Origin: a bacterium
Lineage (GTDB): Bacteria > DRYD01
Assembly (NCBI GenBank): GCA_039630415.1
Contig: JBCNVB010000018.1
Span: 35,233 to 99,232, forward strand
Direction: 5' to 3'
Length of the DNA: 64,000 nucleotides
Positions 9,664 to 20,309 of this stretch are shown here, piece after piece. The stretch's first letter is position 1, and each line of letters begins with the position of its first letter. A program made the position numbers and the translations under genes. The notes under the pieces were generated by a model. The model saw only the letters and a list, made by a program, of their open reading frames with translations. It was not told the origin of the DNA and made no database searches.

Positions 9664-12147
9664 TTATTCAGTATTTACTTCTATGACGTTTATCTTGAGG
9701 GGATCATTCTTGGTTACTTGGAATTTTATTTGTCCGTCCTGTACATAAGCTTTTATTTCTGCTTCTTCGAACACGTTGTTTTTCAACATCTCTTCAGCTA
9801 AGTTTTCCTCTATTAGGGTTGTTATACTTCTTCTTAGTGGCCTAGCTCCAAAACTGGGGTTATATCCATGTTTTACTATTAGTTCTCTTACCTGATCATC
9901 TATTTCTAGTTTTATCTTTCTGGAAGCTAGTTCTTTTTGAACTGGTTTTAATAGAATATCTACGATTGCTTTGAGTTCGTTTAATCCTAGTGGTCTAAAG
10001 ACTAGAATTTCGTCTATTCTATTGAGTAGTTCAGGTCGGAAAAGTTTTTTAACCTCTTCCATTACTTTTGCTTTCATTTTATTGTAAACTTTGTCAGGAT
10101 CTTCTTCCTTTTTCTCTGTTCTTAATCCTAGTTCTCTAGTGGTTACTGTTTCATGTGTACCTACGTTTGAGGTCATGATTATAATGGTATTTTTAAAGTC
10201 AACAGTTCTGCCTTGGCTATCAGTAAGTCTACCATCTTCAAATATTTGAAGGAGTATGTTAAAAACATCTGGGTGAGCCTTTTCTATTTCATCGAATAGG
10301 ACTACGGAGAAGGGTCTTCTTCTGACTCTTTCGGTTAGTTGTCCTCCTTCTTCGTACCCCACGTATCCTGGTGGTGCTCCTATAAGTCTGGTAACAGAGA
10401 ATTTTTCCATATATTCTGACATATCTATTCTGATTAAAGCTTCTTCTGTTCCGAAGAGGAACTCAGCTAGGGCTTTAGCTGTTTCTGTTTTACCTACGCC
10501 GGTTGGTCCAAGGAACATAAATACTCCTACGGGGCGCTTGGGGTCTTTTATACCTGCTCTGGCTCTTCTTACAGCCTTTGATATTTTTGTTATTACCTCG
10601 TCCTGTCCAACCACTCTTTCTTTTAGATAGTTTTCCATGTTAATAAGTTTTTCGGTTTCGCTTTGGGTAAGTTTAGTTACCGGTATACCTGTCCAGGCGG
10701 AGACTATTTCTGCAATGTGTTCCTCTTTAACTACATTTTCTTCATTATCTGGGTTAGCTATTTTCATTCTCCATTGCAGTTCTAATTCTTCTTTTTTAAG
10801 TCTTAGAGCTTCTTCTTCTTTTTTGAGTTTTTTAGCTTGTTCAAAGTCTTCAGAATGAGAATAATACTCTTTTTCTCTTTGTATTTCCTTGAGTCTATTT
10901 TCTATTTCAACGAGTTCTGGTGGGTATTGATATAGTTTAAGTCTCAGTTTTGCTGCAGCCTCATCTACCAAGTCTATTGCTTTATCTGGTAAATATCTAT
11001 CGGATATGTATCGGTAAGATAGTTTAACGGCAGCTTCGATAGCTTCGTCTGATATTTTTACTTTATGGTGGGCTTCATATCTATCTCTGAGTCCCTTAAG
11101 GATAGTAATAGCTTCTTCTATTGAGGGTTCTTCTACCATTACTGATTGGAATCGTCTTTCCAAAGCTGCGTCTTTTTCTATATGTTTTCTGTATTCTTGG
11201 ATAGTGGTAGCACCGATTGTTTGAATTTCACCTCTGGCAAGAGCAGGTTTGAGAATGTTAGAGGCATCTATAGCCCCTTCTGCAGCTCCAGCTCCTATTA
11301 TGGTGTGTAATTCGTCTATAAAGAGAATTATTGTTCCTGCTGCTTCTCTTATTTCTTCCATTACTCTCTTCATTCTTTCTTCGAATTCTCCCCTGTATTT
11401 TGTACCAGCTACAAGTCCAGCCAAGTCCATAGCTATTACTCTTTTACCTCTAAGTAGATCAGGTACTTCGTTTTTTACTATTTTTTGAGCAAGTCCTTCC
11501 ACAATGGCTGTTTTTCCAACTCCTGGTTCACCTATAAGTACGGGGTTGTTTTTGGTTCTCCTCGATAGAATTTGGATAACTCTTTGTATTTCTTTGGTTC
11601 TACCGATAACTGGGTCGAGTTTACCTTCTTTAGCAAGTTTGGTGAGATCTCTTCCATACATATCCAAGGTAGGAGTTTTAACTTCGTGTTCTTTATGTTT
11701 TCTAACAAAATCGAATCCCATTATTCTGGTTAGTTCTTCTTTTAGTGCGTTAATGTTTACGTTGATTTTTTGGAGGATTCTGTAACCGACACCACCTGTT
11801 TCGGAGAGGATTCCAAGAAGTATGTGTTCAGGTCCTATATAGTTGTGATTCATGGATCTCGCTTCGTCAAATGCATTTTCTATGGCTTTCTTTGCCCGTG
11901 GAGAGAATTCTAATTCCGTTTTGGAGCTAATAGTTTGAGATTTACCAAGAAAATTCTCTATTTCTTTTTTTAGTTTTTGATAGGTTATGTCGTATTTGTT
12001 GAGTATTTTGGCAGCTATGCTTTCACCTTCTACTACTATACCGAGTAGCAAATGTTCTGTTCCGACGTGAGAGGAGCCAAGGTTTTTTGCTTCTTCCTGA
12101 GCAAATATTATAACTTTTTTAGCTCTCTCTGTGAAAGTTTCCCACAT
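9664..12147 (-). CDS. clpC: ATP-dependent Clp protease ATP-binding subunit ClpC
   Basis: Clp N-repeats, GEPGVGKT and GPTGVGKT Walker A motifs, UVR-type middle domain. Confidence 0.95.
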   Translation of the reverse strand: MWETFTERAKKVIIFAQEEAKNLGSSHVGTEHLLLGIVVEGESIAAKILNKYDITYQKLKKEIENFLGKSQTISSKTELEFSPRAKKAIENAFDEARSMNHNYIGPEHILLGILSETGGVGYRILQKINVNINALKEELTRIMGFDFVRKHKEHEVKTPTLDMYGRDLTKLAKEGKLDPVIGRTKEIQRVIQILSRRTKNNPVLIGEPGVGKTAIVEGLAQKIVKNEVPDLLRGKRVIAMDLAGLVAGTKYRGEFEERMKRVMEEIREAAGTIILFIDELHTIIGAGAAEGAIDASNILKPALARGEIQTIGATTIQEYRKHIEKDAALERRFQSVMVEEPSIEEAITILKGLRDRYEAHHKVKISDEAIEAAVKLSYRYISDRYLPDKAIDLVDEAAAKLRLKLYQYPPELVEIENRLKEIQREKEYYSHSEDFEQAKKLKKEEEALRLKKEELELQWRMKIANPDNEENVVKEEHIAEIVSAWTGIPVTKLTQSETEKLINMENYLKERVVGQDEVITKISKAVRRARAGIKDPKRPVGVFMFLGPTGVGKTETAKALAEFLFGTEEALIRIDMSEYMEKFSVTRLIGAPPGYVGYEEGGQLTERVRRRPFSVVLFDEIEKAHPDVFNILLQIFEDGRLTDSQGRTVDFKNTIIIMTSNVGTHETVTTRELGLRTEKKEEDPDKVYNKMKAKVMEEVKKLFRPELLNRIDEILVFRPLGLNELKAIVDILLKPVQKELASRKIKLEIDDQVRELIVKHGYNPSFGARPLRRSITTLIEENLAEEMLKNNVFEEAEIKAYVQDGQIKFQVTKNDPLKINVIEVNTE

Positions 12148-12200
12148 TTCATTTCACCTACCTTAGATGGATTCAATAGCTTTAGAGTATCTTCTCAATA

Positions 12201-13355
12201 CTATTTTCTTAGGTTAGATGGTATATTTTTGATATCTATTTCATCTAGGTTATGTTCATCGGAGATGTTAACTGCTTCGAATATAGTTTCTTGTTTTTCT
12301 TCAGTTTTTCTCTTAATGGATGATTCACTTTTTATATCTATTTTCCATTTGGTTATAGTAGCTGTAAGTTTAGCGTTGTATCCTTCTTTACCTATGGCGA
12401 TAGATAATTGCTCATCTGGTACGATTATTCGTGCTATTTTGTTTTCATAGTCTAGATCGAGTGAGAGTATTTTAACATTTCCAAGAGCTCTAGGTATGAG
12501 AACCTTTGGGTCATCTGAGTGTAGGATAACATCAATTCTTTCGCCATTTATTTCATTAACCACGTTTTGTATTCTGAAGTTTTTGGGTCCTAGGATAGTA
12601 GATACAGGGTCTAGGTAGGGCAGTTTACTTCTTACGGTTAATTTGGTTCTATATCCTGGTTGCCTTACAATTTCTACTATCTCTATGTTTCCTTCCTTTA
12701 TTTCGTTATATTCTTTTTCTAGTAGTTTTCTAATAAACAGAGGGCTTTTACGGTTAAGAATTGCTACTATGTTACTTTTGGTGTTATCTTCCTTTATTCC
12801 GATTATTAGGAAAGACATTTTTTTGTTTACGAAGTAGGGTTCATTTTTTACTTGGTATATTGGTGGTAGGAGTCCTATAGCTTTTTCAAATTCTACCCAT
12901 ACATTTCCTCTTTCGTCTTTTTTTCTGATAGTGCCGGTGTAGACGGTTTTCAGGTTTTTGGTTATTTCTTGGTAGGCGGCTTCGTATTCTAGTTCTTTAA
13001 TTTTTTGAGCGAGCAGTTGTTTTGCTACAAGAGCTTCTGATCGGGAAAAATCTTTATCATTAGCTTCAACAAATATTTTTTCCCCCTCTTTTACATTTTT
13101 GTTATATTTTTTTTGAGCTTCTTTTAGGGTTATTTGGAGGGGATTGCCATTAGTTATGGTTTTAACCACTTCTTTTTCTATTAGTATTTTCATGTCGTCC
13201 TTTTCAATTTCTATTTTTACGTTTGGTGTTACTTTATACTTTTTTTTGAAGGATTTGGATATAGAGTCTGAGAGAATTTCTATAAGTTTTTCAAGAGGGA
13301 TTCCTTTTTCGTAGGATAGCTGTCTTATGGCGCTAAGAAGTACTCTGGTTTGCAT
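12201..13355 (-). CDS. nusA: Transcription factor NusA
   Basis: S1 and KH domains: RQPGYRTK, GERIDVI, LSIAIGKEGYNAKL. Confidence 0.92.
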   Translation of the reverse strand: MQTRVLLSAIRQLSYEKGIPLEKLIEILSDSISKSFKKKYKVTPNVKIEIEKDDMKILIEKEVVKTITNGNPLQITLKEAQKKYNKNVKEGEKIFVEANDKDFSRSEALVAKQLLAQKIKELEYEAAYQEITKNLKTVYTGTIRKKDERGNVWVEFEKAIGLLPPIYQVKNEPYFVNKKMSFLIIGIKEDNTKSNIVAILNRKSPLFIRKLLEKEYNEIKEGNIEIVEIVRQPGYRTKLTVRSKLPYLDPVSTILGPKNFRIQNVVNEINGERIDVILHSDDPKVLIPRALGNVKILSLDLDYENKIARIIVPDEQLSIAIGKEGYNAKLTATITKWKIDIKSESSIKRKTEEKQETIFEAVNISDEHNLDEIDIKNIPSNLRK

Positions 13356-13367
13356 TTTTATTCCCCC

Positions 13368-13628
13368 TTATTTTATTCCTTTTGATTGGACTTCTAAAAA
13401 ATACTTTTCTTTTATTATGTCAATTTGATCGAGATAGCTTTCTATTCTTTTACTGTACATTTCGCAATCTTTAATTGATGTTCCGCCTTCCCTTGAAATC
13501 GTAAATCTTAGAATTAGATTTTTTTTATGTCTGAATAGTTTTATGTCATGTAATTGTAATTCGAGATCATTGGCTATTTGAATAGCTTTCTCCTTTATAG
13601 CTTCTACTATTTCGTGGTTACTTCTCAT
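13368..13628 (-). CDS. rimP: Ribosome maturation factor RimP (N-terminal domain only)
   Basis: GGTSIKDCE.YS..I...LD..D.I...YFLEV.S.G; directly upstream of nusA. Confidence 0.8.
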   Translation of the reverse strand: MRSNHEIVEAIKEKAIQIANDLELQLHDIKLFRHKKNLILRFTISREGGTSIKDCEMYSKRIESYLDQIDIIKEKYFLEVQSKGIK

Positions 13629-13693
13629 AATTTTTCACCACATTCATCCCAACATCTCAATAAATTTATTCTATAAATTCAATTAGTAAACCT

Positions 13694-15283
13694 TTATATA
13701 ACTATTTTGGAAGAGAATTTTATTCTTCTAGAATTTGCGAATCTGTGAGCTTCATCTCTAAGTTTTCTTATAAAGTTTAGGATATTTTCTTCAAGTTGTA
13801 TTTGTTTGATTTCATGATCGTATATGTATATTTTATCATCTGGTTTGGCTATGGACATGAATTTAATGTTTAGCCGTGTTTTAGAGTCATTATAAGCTTT
13901 TATAGCGTAGGATAGTTGATTTATTCCCCCATCGACTATTATTAATTGAGGAGTTATATCTTTAAGTAAAGAGCTAGTAAATCTTCTATAAACTAGCTCG
14001 TAAACGTTCATTAAATCGTCGTGAGCATGACTTAGCTTGAATATTCTATACTTTGATTTATTTAGTTTACCTTTTTCGGAAACTACCAGAGAACCGTAAA
14101 CATTATCTCCATAAAAATGACTGACATCTATAGCCTCTATTCTGTATATTGCATCTATTTTGAGCAACTTACACAGTTTTTCTAAGATTAGGTATACGTT
14201 ATTTTGTTGATAGTACTGGATTTTTTGGTTACATACTTTTTCGAGATATAAGAAATTTTCGTCATTAGTACTAGAAAGGCATATATTTTGTAATTTTTCA
14301 GATATTTCGTCTTGATAATTTTTTAAGTAGTTAGTGATAAATTCTTTTAGAGATTCTAGATATTGTGGTTGTATGAATATTGGGTTGGATTTGATATTAA
14401 GTATGGTGTTAAAAAGTATCTGTTCTGGGGATAATTCTTCAGCGTTTTCTATTTCTAGGATTTTCAGATTAGTTGGGGCAGTAAATACACCTAAAATAGT
14501 TACATATTCATCTTTACAAAGATACAGATAAACAGCTTGATTTGATTCTAGGACTTTATGTTTGTAAGATAGTAGGGTTCTGAGTTTGTTTCTATAGATT
14601 ATTGCTTTTTCGTACTCAAGTTTTTCGGAAAGTTCTTTTATTTTCTGTTCGTATTCCTGTATTAGTTGATCTATAGTTTTTTTTTGCATTTTTATGATTT
14701 CGAGGGATTTATTGAAGTTTTGGTTGTATTGGTTTTTGGATATCATGTTTTGACATGGTCCTGAGCAGTAACCTAGATGATAATATAAACATAGCGGTGG
14801 TCTTATTTTTCTGAAATCGTACTGACATTGTCTAATACCAAATATAGTCCCCATCATTTTGAACAATTCTTTGTAATTTATGCTTGTAATAAATGGTCCG
14901 AAGATTTCTTTCGTATAACTATCAAAATCAGAAGAAAGTGAAAAATAGGGGTATCCATCTTTGTCTATTACAACTATGTACTTCAGCGGATTTTTATACT
15001 TGTACTGAATGTTATATTTAGGTTTTTTTTCGTATATAAGTTTTGATTCTAATATTTGAGCTTCTAGTTCAGAGTTTGTTATTAGGTACTCCAGATTATC
15101 CGAATTTTCCACTATTTCTTTAGTTTTAGCGTCTTTTACGGTTAGATAACTTCTTATTCTATTTTTTAAATTTTTGGCTTTACCAATGTATATGATAATA
15201 TCTTTCTTCTTGAAAAAGTACACTCCAGGTAGTGAAGGTATTTCTTTGAGATTGATCTTTATCACATTTATATCTTTCAACAT
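13694..15283 (-). CDS. uvrC: Excinuclease ABC subunit C
   Basis: GIY-YIG (PGVY..IYIGKAKNLKNR), Cys cluster, UVR, IEAIDVSH, VDGG.NQ, RDEAHRFA. Confidence 0.92.
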   Translation of the reverse strand: MLKDINVIKINLKEIPSLPGVYFFKKKDIIIYIGKAKNLKNRIRSYLTVKDAKTKEIVENSDNLEYLITNSELEAQILESKLIYEKKPKYNIQYKYKNPLKYIVVIDKDGYPYFSLSSDFDSYTKEIFGPFITSINYKELFKMMGTIFGIRQCQYDFRKIRPPLCLYYHLGYCSGPCQNMISKNQYNQNFNKSLEIIKMQKKTIDQLIQEYEQKIKELSEKLEYEKAIIYRNKLRTLLSYKHKVLESNQAVYLYLCKDEYVTILGVFTAPTNLKILEIENAEELSPEQILFNTILNIKSNPIFIQPQYLESLKEFITNYLKNYQDEISEKLQNICLSSTNDENFLYLEKVCNQKIQYYQQNNVYLILEKLCKLLKIDAIYRIEAIDVSHFYGDNVYGSLVVSEKGKLNKSKYRIFKLSHAHDDLMNVYELVYRRFTSSLLKDITPQLIIVDGGINQLSYAIKAYNDSKTRLNIKFMSIAKPDDKIYIYDHEIKQIQLEENILNFIRKLRDEAHRFANSRRIKFSSKIVI

Positions 15284-15336
15284 TTCTTTAAATCAAACCT
15301 ACAGGATACATTAATGGTACATAGAATTCTATAATT

Positions 15337-15657
15337 GTGGACAAAATATCAATTCTGAAGAAGTTAGAGATGTTATACTTCTTAGTTTTAGATGAGCAAA
15401 ATAATAAAGATTTCATCCAATTTCTGTTGGATATAAGAAAAAAAGTCTATGATCCACAAGTTATTGAATACTTAGATAATAGAATAGAGCAGAAAATAAA
15501 GTTAATAACGAAGATAAGAAGTATTAGAGATAACGTAGAGAGGGATCTAAAGAAAGAAAACCTATCTCTAGAACAGTTTTTAACAATATTTTTACAAACA
15601 CAAATGAATAAAAAACTGTTAAATGGGAATGAAAAAGATAGAGACAAGGAAAATTAA
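15337..15657 (+). CDS. Hypothetical helical protein
   Basis: 106-aa ORF divergent from uvrC, first gene of the plus-strand block. Confidence 0.55.
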   Translation: MDKISILKKLEMLYFLVLDEQNNKDFIQFLLDIRKKVYDPQVIEYLDNRIEQKIKLITKIRSIRDNVERDLKKENLSLEQFLTIFLQTQMNKKLLNGNEKDRDKEN

Positions 15658-15674
15658 CAAGGAGGTTAGGCAAA

Positions 15675-16643
15675 ATGAAGATATTTGTAATAGTGATGAT
15701 AATAATCCTAGTAACAGTTACAAGCTATGCCCAAACAGTAGTTGGTAATTTTGTGAGATTTGGTTCAAATAGTGTAGTAATAAAGACAGAAAACGATATC
15801 TTAAATCTTCCAATATCCAGTGATTTGATAGTTTTGGACAATAAAGGTCAAAGAGTTTCTCCGGCTTCATTGTATGAAAATGCAAAAGTAACAGCTAAAT
15901 ATGAAAATGGAAAAGTAATATCAATAGTAGTAGATAGTGAACATGTAAATCTTTCATCTACAAATCAATCAAAACCTGAATACCAATTACTTTACAGAGA
16001 CACCACTTACCAATACAAATCTTATCAAGCTCCTGTAAAAGTTTCATACTTCGGTTATTTACCAGTAGATTATCAATATATCTATAATCCACCAGTAAAT
16101 TTATCGACAGGACAGTTAAACTACTATAGCTATGTTCCCGTATATAACTATACTTTTGGTGGATCAGCAAGTATGGCAAATGAAATAGATTTCTACAATA
16201 ATCTCATAGCAAATAACTATTATTCTCCTAGATACTACTATGAAATGATGTCCTCCCTTTCTTCAAGCGAAGTACCTAACTACTACTACATTTCAAAAAT
16301 GCAAGAAAAGACTCCATACTACTACAAAACTCAACCTACTCAAAATATCCCAGCTACTCAGGGTAATCCAGTGCAAGCTCTATCAGTAAATACCTCAACA
16401 ACTAACACTATATTTGGAACTCTAGTAGATATAAGAGATGATAAATTAGTAGTTTATGCAGATAGAATATACCAGGTTGAAGTTAATAACCTTTCTAACT
16501 TGTTTGTAAGAAAGAGCGGAAAATATATACCCATAAATGATAAGCAAGAACTAAGAAACTTACTAAATAAATCAGTAGAACTTACCGTTACAACAACTAG
16601 CGATAAGATAATAGCTAACACAGTAGTTATATCTGCACAATAA
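15675..16643 (+). CDS. Secreted hypothetical protein with a Tyr-rich centre
   Basis: Strong SD GGAGG; signal peptide ending SYA|Q. Confidence 0.7.
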   Translation: MKIFVIVMIIILVTVTSYAQTVVGNFVRFGSNSVVIKTENDILNLPISSDLIVLDNKGQRVSPASLYENAKVTAKYENGKVISIVVDSEHVNLSSTNQSKPEYQLLYRDTTYQYKSYQAPVKVSYFGYLPVDYQYIYNPPVNLSTGQLNYYSYVPVYNYTFGGSASMANEIDFYNNLIANNYYSPRYYYEMMSSLSSSEVPNYYYISKMQEKTPYYYKTQPTQNIPATQGNPVQALSVNTSTTNTIFGTLVDIRDDKLVVYADRIYQVEVNNLSNLFVRKSGKYIPINDKQELRNLLNKSVELTVTTTSDKIIANTVVISAQ

Positions 16644-16663
16644 AATACAAAGACCTCAATTTC

Positions 16664-17176
16664 ATGAGTGAAATACAATACATACGAGAAGTAATAGCTG
16701 AGTTCTCTAGTCTTCTAAAACAAAGGGACATAGAATACATGGATTATGAGTATATTTTTCCAGCAACGAATGACAAGCTTAAAATTTCTTTAAAAGTTAG
16801 AACAAATTCAAAAAAAATATCCCCATCATCAAATAATACAAAAAGAGAATCTAGTCAGGAAATAGATCAAAATACTTTATTAACAGAATCTGAAGATTTG
16901 GGAGGTTTCAAGTTGTACTTCACAACCCCTCAACAATTCTATATAGTCTCTACCCTCGTAGGAAAAGTCAAATTATTGAATAAAATTCAAAAAGAATCCG
17001 TTATCGAAAAAAAACAAAAAATAGCAGAAGTAGATATTCTCAACATTAAATATCCTGTACAATTAGACTTCAAAATAAAAATATTAGATATTCTAGTTGA
17101 GGACAATGAAAATGTAGATTACGGCAAGAAATTAATTCTTGCTGAAATTGTGGAAGATACAAATGGAAGTAGTTAG
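16664..17176 (+). CDS. Biotin carboxyl carrier protein (AccB)-like, lacking the biotinylation Lys
   Basis: C-terminal biotinyl-domain pattern IVSTLVG...ILVEDNENVDYGKKL; EAMKM replaced by DILNI. Confidence 0.6.
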   Translation: MSEIQYIREVIAEFSSLLKQRDIEYMDYEYIFPATNDKLKISLKVRTNSKKISPSSNNTKRESSQEIDQNTLLTESEDLGGFKLYFTTPQQFYIVSTLVGKVKLLNKIQKESVIEKKQKIAEVDILNIKYPVQLDFKIKILDILVEDNENVDYGKKLILAEIVEDTNGSS

Positions 17177-18260
17177 CATACTTTTAGTAATTTTAGCATT
17201 CTTTTTGATAATACTTTTTCATGAGTTTGGGCATTATTTAGGATGTAGAATAGTAAATGTCAAAGTAGAGGAATTTTCAATAGGATTGGGTAAAGAGATA
17301 TGGTCAAAAAAAATAGGTGAAACGAAGTATACTTTAAGGCTACTTCCAATCGGTGGGTATGTTTTACCAGAAGGAGAAGAGTATAAAAAAGATCAACCTT
17401 TATCGGAAACTAATTTTTATTCCAAACCCCTATGGGCAAGATTTATAGTCATTGTTCTAGGTCCTATATTTAACTACATTTTCGCACTATTGATATTTTT
17501 ACTAGTTTTTAGTTTTTATGATTACAAAGTAACTACGGAAATAATGATGGTAGTAAATAATACTCCTGCACAGAAAGCAGGTCTAAAAGCAGGTGACATA
17601 ATAACCCAGATAGATTCCATATCCTTTGGATACTATGAAGGTAAAAAACTGATAGAATACATACATAACAGTAAAGGTAAGCTTCTAAATATAACAATTA
17701 AAAGAGGTACTCAAACTATAACATATCGAATACTCCCAGAGTATAACGCTCAGCAAAATTTTTATTATATAGGTTTCAATCCCAAGAAAAGCTTAGTTAT
17801 AGAGTTCAATTTTTTAAGAGGAGTAAGGGAATCTATTTTTACTACATATGATCTTACTGTTAGATACCTGAAAGTAATTGTGAGTATATTTACAGGTCAT
17901 ATACCTCTTAAGACAGTATATGAGCAGAGTGCTGGACCTATAGGTATAACCAAAATAATGTATGATTTTGCGAATCAGGGAATCTATAACTATCTAATGC
18001 TGGTTGGGTTTATAAACATAGTTATAGGATTGTTTAATTTACTGCCTTTTCCAGCATTGGATGGAGGAAGAATATTGTTTATTGGGATAAATTATATTCT
18101 AGGGATGTTGTCGTTGTTATTCAATAGAAAGATAGAAATAACACCAGATAAGGAAGAGATGTTTCATAAAGTTGGACTAGTTTTACTATTGGTTTTTGTA
18201 GCAATAGTTTCGTACAATGATATAGCTCGGATAATAAGAGGTGAGAGTTTTATCAAGTAG
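17163..18260 (+). CDS. rseP: RIP metalloprotease RseP (M50 plus PDZ)
   Basis: HEFGH, FSIGLG, PIGGYV, GPIFN, PDZ (PAQKAGLKAGD), FNLLPFPALDGG; likely start ATG 17163. Confidence 0.92.
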   Translation: MEVVSILLVILAFFLIILFHEFGHYLGCRIVNVKVEEFSIGLGKEIWSKKIGETKYTLRLLPIGGYVLPEGEEYKKDQPLSETNFYSKPLWARFIVIVLGPIFNYIFALLIFLLVFSFYDYKVTTEIMMVVNNTPAQKAGLKAGDIITQIDSISFGYYEGKKLIEYIHNSKGKLLNITIKRGTQTITYRILPEYNAQQNFYYIGFNPKKSLVIEFNFLRGVRESIFTTYDLTVRYLKVIVSIFTGHIPLKTVYEQSAGPIGITKIMYDFANQGIYNYLMLVGFINIVIGLFNLLPFPALDGGRILFIGINYILGMLSLLFNRKIEITPDKEEMFHKVGLVLLLVFVAIVSYNDIARIIRGESFIK

Positions 18261-18289
18261 AAATTAAGAGTATACGGAGGGGAGATGTA

Positions 18290-18375
18290 GCCGGAGTGGC
18301 GGAATTGGCAGACGCAGGAGACTCAAAATCTCCCGGAGCTCGCGCTCCGTGTGGGTTCGAGTCCCACCTCCGGCA
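18290..18375 (+). tRNA. tRNA-Leu(CAA)
   Basis: Acceptor GCCGGAG/CTCCGGC, anticodon arm GGAGA-CTCAAAA-TCTCC, long variable arm, GTTCGAG; CCA not encoded. Confidence 0.95.
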
Positions 18376-18384
18376 GTAAACCAT

Positions 18385-18957
18385 ATGAAATTAAAAAAGG
18401 TGAGAGTTTATCAGTTAGCTACAGATATAGTTACAGATGATGCAGTAGTAATTTTGAAAGAGGAAGACGGCTCAGCAATTTTACCCATCATCATCGGACA
18501 TTTTGAAGCCTCTAGCATAGCTATAGCACTTGAAAAACTAAAAATAGAAAGACCCATGACACATGATCTAATTAAAAATATTCTTGAATCCCTAGATATA
18601 AAAATACAAAAAGTAGTGATAACTGAACTCAAGGGATCAACCTACTATGCTACGATATTCATACAGAAAGATAATAAAGTTATAGAAGTAGATGCCAGAC
18701 CAAGTGATAGCATAGCAATCGCAGTAAGAATAGGTTGCCCAATATTCGTAAATGAAAAACTATTACAAAATCTACCAATCCTAGAATATACCGAAAAAAC
18801 ATCGGAAATAAAGAGTATATCCAATCTACCAGATCCTGAAGATGAAGAAAAGGAAAAATTCAGGCAATTTCTTGAAAAGATTAAACCTACTGACTTTATA
18901 AGATTCTTCCAAGAACAAGAGAAAAAAGAAGAAGACCAACAGGAAAAGGATGGATAA
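18385..18957 (+). CDS. Bifunctional nuclease (DUF151) family protein
   Basis: LPIIIG.FEA, RPMTHDL, DARPSDSIAIA; the track start lies inside the tRNA, so the real start is ATG 18385. Confidence 0.88.
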   Translation: MKLKKVRVYQLATDIVTDDAVVILKEEDGSAILPIIIGHFEASSIAIALEKLKIERPMTHDLIKNILESLDIKIQKVVITELKGSTYYATIFIQKDNKVIEVDARPSDSIAIAVRIGCPIFVNEKLLQNLPILEYTEKTSEIKSISNLPDPEDEEKEKFRQFLEKIKPTDFIRFFQEQEKKEEDQQEKDG

Positions 18958-19780
18958 GCTTATGTACACAGCAGATATAGGAGTTCTTGGGGGAACAGGT
19001 TTTTATTCATTTTTAGAGTCAAAAGAGATCATAGTTGAAACTCCATACGGAAGTACATCAGATAAGATAGCTCTAGCAAAAGTAGCAGACAAAACCGTGG
19101 CTTTTCTTCCTCGACATGGTAAAGATCATAGATACCCTCCCTCAAAAATACCTTATAGAGCTAACATATGGGCTTTTAAGAAATTGGGTGTAAAATATAT
19201 AATAAGCCCTTGCGCAGTTGGATCCCTACAACCCTATATAAAACCTGGACATATAGTGATCCTCGACCAAATATTTGATAGAACATACAAAAGAGAAAAT
19301 ACATTTTATGAAGGTCCTATAACTACTCACGTATCTTTTGCTAACCCTTACAACGAATATCTCAGAAGCCTATTTATAAAAAAAGCGAAAGAAATGGGAA
19401 TAGAGCATCACGAAACTGGAACGGTAGTAGTAATAGAAGGTCCCAGATTTTCTACAAAAGCAGAAAGTAGATTTTATACTCAAATGGGTTTTCACGTAGT
19501 AAACATGACCCAAATGCCGGAAGCAATACTAGCAAGAGAATTACAAATTCCATTTGCAGGTATAGCTTTGGTAACAGACTATGATGTAGGTCTTGAAGGA
19601 CATCCTGAAATAGAACCAGTATCTCATCACATAGCAGTAGAAAATTTCAAGAAAAATCAAGAAAAATTAAAGCAATTAATACTTGAAGTAATCAAAGAAA
19701 TTGATCTAACAAAAGAACAACCAGAACATAAAGCTCTTGAAAATGCAAGATTCCATGAAGAACACATCGGACTAATATAG
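18950..19780 (+). CDS. mtnP: S-methyl-5'-thioadenosine phosphorylase
   Basis: GVLGGTG, RHG..H.YPP, YRANIWA, EGPRFST.AES, VTDYD. Confidence 0.9.
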   Translation: MDKLMYTADIGVLGGTGFYSFLESKEIIVETPYGSTSDKIALAKVADKTVAFLPRHGKDHRYPPSKIPYRANIWAFKKLGVKYIISPCAVGSLQPYIKPGHIVILDQIFDRTYKRENTFYEGPITTHVSFANPYNEYLRSLFIKKAKEMGIEHHETGTVVVIEGPRFSTKAESRFYTQMGFHVVNMTQMPEAILARELQIPFAGIALVTDYDVGLEGHPEIEPVSHHIAVENFKKNQEKLKQLILEVIKEIDLTKEQPEHKALENARFHEEHIGLI

Positions 19781-19781
19781 T

Positions 19782-20309
19782 ATGTATACCCTAAGTTTAT
19801 CTGAAGATAAAGTATTGCAGATAGTAAGAGGAGATATAACAGAGCAGCCAGACATAGAATGTATCGTTAACTCTGCGAACAGTCAGTTACTTCCTGGTGG
19901 AGGAGTATCTGGAGCGATTCATAAAAAAGCAGGTCCTGAGCTATATGAATATTGTAAAAAATTAGCTCCCATAAAGGTAACTCAAGCTGTAATTACACCA
20001 GCATTTAAATTACCCAACAAGTACATAATACATACTTTAGGACCTGTTTATGGTGTTGATAAGCCTGAAGATGAATTGCTAAAAAAAACCTATCAAAATT
20101 GTATGGAATTAGCAGATAAGCAAGGTATAAAATCAATAGCATTTCCTTCGATATCAACTGGCATATTTGGGTATCCGATAAACTTAGCAGCTCCGATCGC
20201 AATTAAAGCTATTTTAGAAAAACTAGTAGATACGAGAATAAGTTTAGTTAGAATGGTTTTGTGGAGTGAAGAGGACTATAAAGTTTACGAAGGGGTTGTA
20301 GCTCAATAA
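19782..20309 (+). CDS. Macro domain protein (O-acetyl-ADP-ribose deacetylase type)
   Basis: GDIT, IVNSAN..L.PGGGVSGAIH, FPSISTGIFGYP. Confidence 0.9.
   Translation: MYTLSLSEDKVLQIVRGDITEQPDIECIVNSANSQLLPGGGVSGAIHKKAGPELYEYCKKLAPIKVTQAVITPAFKLPNKYIIHTLGPVYGVDKPEDELLKKTYQNCMELADKQGIKSIAFPSISTGIFGYPINLAAPIAIKAILEKLVDTRISLVRMVLWSEEDYKVYEGVVAQ

Noticed and set aside
18349-18384. N-terminal extension MWVRVPPPAVNH of the DUF151 gene
   Set aside because: It is the T-arm and acceptor of tRNA-Leu(CAA).
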